Virus record (IMG/VR): IMGVR_UViG_3300032242_000965
Location: 24,101-88,100 of that record
DNA: 64,000 nt
Strand: one strand, 5' to 3'
From: a virus
Below, piece by piece: positions 63,401-64,000 of this stretch; positions within the stretch are counted from its first letter, which is position 1, and the number at the start of each line of letters is the position of its first letter. The position numbers were made by a program, and so were the translations under genes. Below the pieces are notes generated by a model. It did no database searches and had not been told where the DNA came from. It saw only the letters and a list, made by a program, of their open reading frames with translations.

Positions 63401-63868
63401 AGTTGCTTCTTGTAATACGCTTGTAGTTGTAATGTCAACACTTTCAGGACCTTCTGGAATCCAATAGTATTGACCAAAGTTGATTAGTTTATCTAAGTCA
63501 ACAAAACTATCCCAACTATAGAATTCATTTTTAAATAAACTATTATGATTAGGTGTTAATCCGCTTTCTAATTTAATAGCGTCAATGATTCCCGGATATG
63601 TAATAGCATCGGTTACTTTGCCTGTTACAGGATCAGTAAACACTACAGTAGGTTCTAATTGATAGTTTCTTTTATCAACTGTTGGTTCTTCTACATACTG
63701 ATCGGTTGTTTTTACACCATAACCAAACTTACTGCCAATATAACCTTGTACTTTTCTAAAGTCTGGTGGTTGAACTAATTGGTCTAATGTCGCAGATAAA
63801 AACTGGTCGTTAGTGTTTGTTTGAAATATTTCTGGTAAGAAATCAATGGTTCTTATTCTTGTTGCCAT
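45404..63868 (-). CDS. Giant (6154 aa) virion structural protein, baseplate wedge/hub-like, with beta-propeller and fibre-like domains
   Basis: MATRIRTIDFLPEIFQT N-terminus; FG-GAP-like blades; SxDGxTW (BNR-like) repeats; VKPYH motif; uninterrupted ORF in baseplate context. Confidence 0.8.
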   Translation of the reverse strand: MATRIRTIDFLPEIFQTNTNDQFLSATLDQLVQPPDFRKVQGYIGSKFGYGVKTTDQYVEEPTVDKRNYQLEPTVVFTDPVTGKVTDAITYPGIIDAIKLESGLTPNHNSLFKNEFYSWDSFVDLDKLINFGQYYWIPEGPESVDITTTSVLQEATIKVISNVNSYQFEVNGSLLPTENPTLTLVRGGTYTFQVDEKSKFYIQSLPGMDGVDPNRKNFSTREINGIEFNGVSSGTFTYNVPTSNAEDDNNYPGRVPIDLVTTLSFDNVHGRRLYDIKNIDGVINVADKTLLFYGTNPNERAIISDFFDSDNFDTVNFENFIREPITSTIFKITLVGDQFDPVIKLVPLMPIADNTTIVIAAGTEYIDRKFVKNSYGEISLIPSNTSAISTLYYQDEGNSLKFGKIKLIDDTVSAVIDVLDIIGQKAYTSPNGIKFSNGLRVKFVGRVFPTKYLHDTYYVEGVGTSIQLIPSSELIVPELYSQEFSAPFDDPASGFDQVGFGDVINLPYTPDYITISRNSIDRNGWTRGNRWFHVDVLKTISENNLLSPIVNKALTTGTNRASRPIIEFYPNLKLIYHGTFGKTPVDYIDTVNTDALNTIAGIDPNIYLPDGENSSLFDGCRIIFAKDRNPEVVNKIFVANIATVNGSRVITLTKASDGDVTSGDQVIIVNGVTNKGYNYYYDSVDGWVNSQTKTTVNQAPLFDLFDSNGISLGDGNYYPGTDFKGCTLFQYSVGSGVKDTVLGIPIQYSGVGNLNDINFESTLNSQSFNYVSNGQSINEPVNYGYVYQYTNKTNYVRKLGWETAVDTSFQYQVFDYTYTNINTTNTFTLDVPLRDSTSTAWPVSVVYVNNTRIDAYTTTVTNTQTVVVITQTLAAGDLITILAYSDVVSNIGYYQVPSNLQQNPFNYQVTTINAGDIRGHYKSICNNIPGLTGQSFGANNYRDLGNPVPYGTRIIQNSATMVTAAAFIRRQEANFFNGVNYNATEYVKFKSLLINTVNSQDYTPYDSASDILDDALDIITSAKSQSSPFFWSDMLPSKTPAISNTYTFAVGVTNTVYPLSKVYDFNNANYESVLVYSSRLVNGIMQNNLMLKGVDYFVNPDAPYLVLSAKLNDGDTVTVKEYSQTYGSFVPSTPSKVGLYPVSIPEIILDETYLKPTYFIKGHDGSLTKMYDTFDDYGNIIDFRDKVLFEFECRIYNNIKVNAKTPIVYADIFPGQFRTTDYSYDQIMQLYKTSYLNWVGLNRIDTASQYYDSTNEYTWNYSKAKNKLDNTTLKQGYWRGIYLWFYDTATPHATPWEMLGLPVKPTWWDERYGLGPYTSENLLLWTDLSNGYIYNNGESYIDKNYIRPDLLSILPVNSRGELLSPFESVIRNYNKTTFNNDWVIGDVGPAEYSYRKSSTWPFDLMRIFALAKPAQFFTLGLDLDVYKYNYEFNQYLVYNRFRTTGRQQLQLYGNDANSAAHSYMNWIIDYLNQYGLPGTQQVANTITYVDVRLSYRVSGYTDKNKVNFYIEKGSPNSTNSSLIVPDDSYTILQYTNEPNDTIVYSSVIVQKTTNGYKVYGNSQNKTYFISSIPTNTTKQKLITVLNLKVNIYSEYSTQVQYTSYGTEYKNITDLANLLASYGNYLTTQGVIFDDVENNTVLDWNQMIAEVLYWVQTGWEVGSVINLNPCSNKFHIEKPIGIIQPFTLTQNNFVLNQNLIPVNLNDLAIYRKDTTFKMKILTNGDTISYLRADTSIAEHIVIFDNETVFNDVLYNLITGLRQQRLYLKGSKTNQWDGTLYAPGFIQNQNNVVDWKENTKYTKGTIVIYKRKYWMANKTVIVPTNTFDFNDWSLTSYDKIDTGILANPNTRASESEYYYDTRRSNIQNDGDLLGFSLIGYRPRSYLADADLDDISQVNIYKNMIAEKGTLDIINSFQGATIQNNDLAYTINENWAIKNSEYGGVLNHNFVEFTLDENLLTGNPAIVSLINGNNVDIAEQQVPLYNIKNYGRTINTTSVLPTIGDNSITSLPSAGYANLDDITLYSYTVERISNLVTNLIYKNDYIWIADKQGDWNVYTPIGLDLMMTSLVNNLNNTCTINFATPHGLSQYDTIAVINKDTNTNTIINGFYTVEQISNNKSIIITLALASNITTVMFDNPVLIYRFQPMRVSSPTKINTLPLLNFEYTTAKVWVDQTATNNWAVYQKNINYYDVNFEIPNINNGKLGSAVAYLPQLGYYISDPNYIDPDLGPVGRVYKYIRSGIGTIRIDTITKDVGFGTTMARSSEFMIVSQPSDTVSKLYVYRIVSLQEVAALVEEQVLTVNGTYAGTSMAFSGDSNYLFVGAPKVNSVLYFHRQVDYTLLPVLGNKQDTPLISQLAAPTNPLDKFFVVDGNAKNSIPQGKRITFLQYKQYNTSVILGFGFEGKKINLRIGVTQYSPTIVTNSTDVISDMKNYSTITIGSHTFNITNITGTTTKSITLDSNYPDPTGTINATIQWTYDGAHNVPAEDLDTTNPELSLRTFGTTRRNYYFSISGELTPGTHIAIDPTNDNTDYLVTLTNYVYDLNTNVTKFYVNDYCNPLSYDLLFKTLDTYYTYLTTHLEFKPYFPVNTPAWTYTNLLPDYVTVITSEYIDTIIDTLIGDGTTTTFDLTSTDPTGVVRNKIDIAIPNSNYGHLAKNYSNIQVSAPITILISATNDSNIVTTINIAVTTSMIGGKIVIYNDNTYKYDTFIIADIDASNPTKIITLDSNFKGNTTTSPINAKIIWSNIFNYQLVKDKIILDVAPAKDSEIIVTTTIDKTVIHTVERIGYSLSINQLAGIRNDFIDNKNINHGSSYLQEIDLNNGDVIASNNIFIATVNNQFNFMGPINMSSFDTYYLGKNPGDLKNPREVLVSVTNGSSAVTLDATFSLSIISDMKGGTITIYNTNTEDYDTFTIANITGTTTKTITLDSNYNGPTSSDPVMASIAWKTVLYQSNDNFGASIAVNYDASKIFIGSPTYHVRLVDNETIPPSPNVGIVWAFDRLIETFKLDYNPDILVIALPWPLDNFLMDHTRISLNGKPLSKTFYNVRYAGQIPEIFFSKVLGIKAGDVITVSSPSLVLMQSLTSYDNIDGVIANQQFGTSIATNNTGSEVIVGAIYDQTKPGQNGAVYRFTNEAKRYGFATAEIVANLQPITIGGQSVSKTILFINGYSVFLDFTNGLDAYGIANAINLTKVPNIFAYVTEDDRLVIRLLSVELGADNNKLNITAFNGNYFYLMGIAPYTKTQIIREPHVQNNSQFGYRVAFNEQNSFVVTAPKADRYAGTFFDMISSEMHYNTVFDLNLTTFEDVFYNAGAAYMYDYIKPYNESLLNSGEYIYSQPVNDSISVYGALPLYGNSLSFNDNIIVIGSPNFVADQVGGRVTVYENAYGSPNWSIYRNSTNVVDIDKIQKVQLYNNITDENLVSLDYIDPLRGKLLGAVRENLDFIGISDPAGYNHRTTVSSTMIWSIKQVGKTWFNTSTTRFLNYHQDDLAYNAKYWGQIFPGSDVTVYTWIESDVTPVNYTGPGTPYDLQKYTSTYAVNSNNSLVQNYYYWVRNTNAVHNSDKTLTDSILERYITRPQNSGISYMAPLRSDTYALYNVRDYINGLHTNMHLGFGSGSNEAVIQNQFKLIQNNNPSDFLPGLPNYSLGHDSPEGLYNRLLESFAGVDLIGSSVPNYTLPAYMQTGIGVRPRQSMFIDRFNALKNYLGYANKVLAQYPINEFSNLTYLAMSGDYFDTSSYWSNIYWWATGYNDTTKTKIEVGMYADLYKLTATEGLIVGVAKNGQGKREVYIYTSGAWTRIGLQNGTIQFSSKLWDYQTNKIGFGDNFFDTDSFDTFPALETYYIIRALNEQIFTGPLLEHRNKSLILMFEYIQSENVSGNNYLPWLNKTSFADVTYTVRDLQQEVNYHVDNTTLLSGYINEVKPYHTVIKDFDLRYTHTDNVYSNTTDFDINPIYNSKTGKFISPQLSFINPNNTKNEYAIGDSIWTNSNYTDWHSNYGLSLKDIPNFEIGILKIYMTPTSNTLLIDNARGMPDAGTLYIDSEIIGYNTVNRDTGLVSGLTRGINNSYVSDHYPGIVITMDLPGVVVLETGRGYIDPPKITAHIDTTIYPSPTREAVLEPVMSDGKVISINIIDPGENYPVTPEIRFTSSYDVKFAQSNLNFINDTIIVPSTYLQTGDLIKSSCVNGKGSIVDGYYYVYVIAQIEDIELLSITLHKTLNASLIGHDRIKLHAGTITEVFTGNEYIFSVTGRAIAITSNLNVRGISNTLRFDRTSYVSKIVPWEPNKFWGSKYNQFGISAVSSDVTISETVDVAYHGRPYTDITGSTTPVAVTGSGYTGTTSSSSIHLETTLQTWAVNTVGSYQVGMLVKISYTSNTNINLQGIITIIDGSNITVNVNVINGSGTYSNWIFSRAVGTGAKLTVTNVLLGGSYNAKLTDGGQNYKVFDTITVPGATLSGITGTNNCFIVVDSVSTSYGPLNQDTTSGVGTGAGFNVTVSTTSQDFIGKVLILTKGSNVVTGASACEFKCFIDGTDLYVIELTSGTIEIGAYVTSTAASGVTPYIITDYINVPGTKSGVSYISKCTISVSQTITDTSIKHTCEGTNFTEVLPEFVIRIQDKFNTDGSPILHLHTLATVGTVSSNVLMTLASDYTGDDGIYFAKYAVSKYTATINIGNPGTNYVTGDTVMISGDRLGGSTTTNDLTINIVEAYLGKVTRASAVTNTLHPAPTTGSIQNITVEGVALDSNFASLQGAVLPIKSETISGPTVDHGVTYDSSNNVIVRLDYTPSRLHPGQIQGAKTYFYHNSDPTSVSNPNGNGGLIEIHKPRFNPYDVTQTYFVKIIDGGTQHYVGEVINVSGSALGGLAGVNDVQITVETISNPASGGAHIVGGISSVSVIGVSPKVFDIYYIQPINETQVQVFHDPGMKKPVTYDEFNYKHNNNLVDNTSINLITGEDATLLDYNSDTANISDFAYIPEPFMLGLSYKYDTSSIVSYADRVWRCIESNNDTVFDSTKWILLQSDDRSINALDRIVAYYQPAINMPAKDLPQLVSGISYPGTVYYGNSFSPEDIIPIDVALKGQELYPRTLSIKGIITNNNQVLITGSLLLTHGSKNVVGNGTLFDKELAHGTKLSINGFGYIVDVVTDDSHITLTSNYNESTKIASAYKFQYIAIGESADKSILMTSIDGVTWHNHILAEHSLNVTSIIYGKDKYLVSTLTAHNPVLLSYNGIDWLGQGQSTLLDQVGFDDDAFDSSAESYPADNVNKIIQGSDGYYYGVGSFITRSAEGIVWNKQYTFGTKTRNIIYNISEISTKAFKGYIAVGGGNRILSGIGTAAPEVTTCSIVITSIDGVTWTLQDYITIETINTVVSNDNIIVIAGNNGTVWYSVNGHNWVQTSSGVTRNLTAGAYVNSRFVLVGEYGTIITSTDGITWSNKTNNSLTVDTLNDITHDGTWYYIVGDNATIIRSSDTNTWSSISMLTPAEPDSVITGNDFLYGYGPEELIPGVITETLSIKVMTGPGSNWDSTPVIPQQAYFQHTSFGMKSVTSTTGTVSFDGLLRNPAQVSVFIIDSTTKLGNRIYTGYTINWITKVVTYYGLDPLNPSSLPANKLLMIEVYEVGNGKQLARGNSQHIPFRTNSTTNHSEIYLNLYYQPLVNPPVVYHNGVKLAFRTDYNCTFIEDTNLSKLTFNTLYNQDTDYITWTILDTGISNFRPANTYGELSYSIPETQTFTNSTSNNIVLTNNIGKLNIANAIVEKNGLRLVPKLGMQNNDYYIDSGTGELRLTTSPITSDTIAVTTFNETDRLFIQTRKVVATANQNVFAIPQPFSNPVNGVDMDPILYTDVNKAWVTINGSRIGSDKLSYDNSNNLTIDATINLNDVVLITVTLDGDTPNSSMFNIDIDKYGKSTVYLTNIGDGTWLTKDFNSNDTSIQVYDVSKLLDTVTQTTIVDMDTAGTIFAYVECNINSVMKTVVYNQTSSSNVDSSKYVLEIIHGRPALVFVDNSQASLSQNLLVTLTVGNILELNGEKIRFTQVEPIIKVTDIMIGTTYTIETIGNTDFTLIGAPSNTLGIKFVAMHIGTGTGTVRITNTLSGLTRGLMGTGVIQLNSKYTEIYGLTPSRVLDPMYYGKVWNTINYSSNFGDPLQISTSPAARFLQYGHY

Positions 63869-63880
63869 TATCTGTGCCTG

Positions 63881-64000
63881 TTAAACTGAACTTGCGTTTG
63901 CACTACTTTGTAGTTGTGCAGGGGTTAATGCTGAAATTATTACTATATCTGTAGCCTGAGCGCAACTTACAAATATTTCATATGGTGCTGAACGAATTTC
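63881..64000 (-). CDS. C-terminal end of upstream gene, probably baseplate wedge (...EIRSAPYEIFVSCAQATDIVIISALT...)
   Basis: Open frame from window edge to TAA at 63881. Confidence 0.55.
   Translation of the reverse strand, partial: EIRSAPYEIFVSCAQATDIVIISALTPAQLQSSANASSV

Noticed and set aside
1-64000. Stop-codon reassignment
   Set aside because: Recognisable genes are full length and densely packed in code 11

Overview
The window is 64 kb of an AT-rich, T4-like jumbo phage genome. Almost all genes lie on the minus strand and read in standard code 11. The host is probably a Gram-negative proteobacterium, inferred from spanin-like genes, an outer-membrane beta-barrel and an ANDSQFALAA tmRNA tag. 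From left to right it holds: terminase large subunit and three fibre genes; a secreted non-specific nuclease (the only credible + strand gene); a lysis/membrane cluster; ThyA; and early genes with consensus sigma70 promoters (MoxR ATPase plus vWA/metallopeptidase). A host-maintenance island follows (PlcP-like phosphoesterase plus Agt-like GT4 behind a Pho-box-like repeat, rubrerythrin/rubredoxin, porin, fatty-acid desaturase, permuted two-piece tmRNA). After that come a DNA methyltransferase, a tightly coupled glycosyltransferase/radical SAM/carbamoyltransferase operon, and baseplate genes including a 6154-aa protein. The strongest findings are (1) a phage-borne, apparently phosphate-responsive phospholipid-to-glycolipid remodelling module, (2) an unannotated two-piece tmRNA with a long structured intervening sequence, (3) a TAAATA late-promoter motif placed 4-5 nt before many ATGs, implying leaderless mRNAs, and (4) a late glyco/carbamoyl modification operon. 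All calls come from motif recognition by eye; no searches were run.
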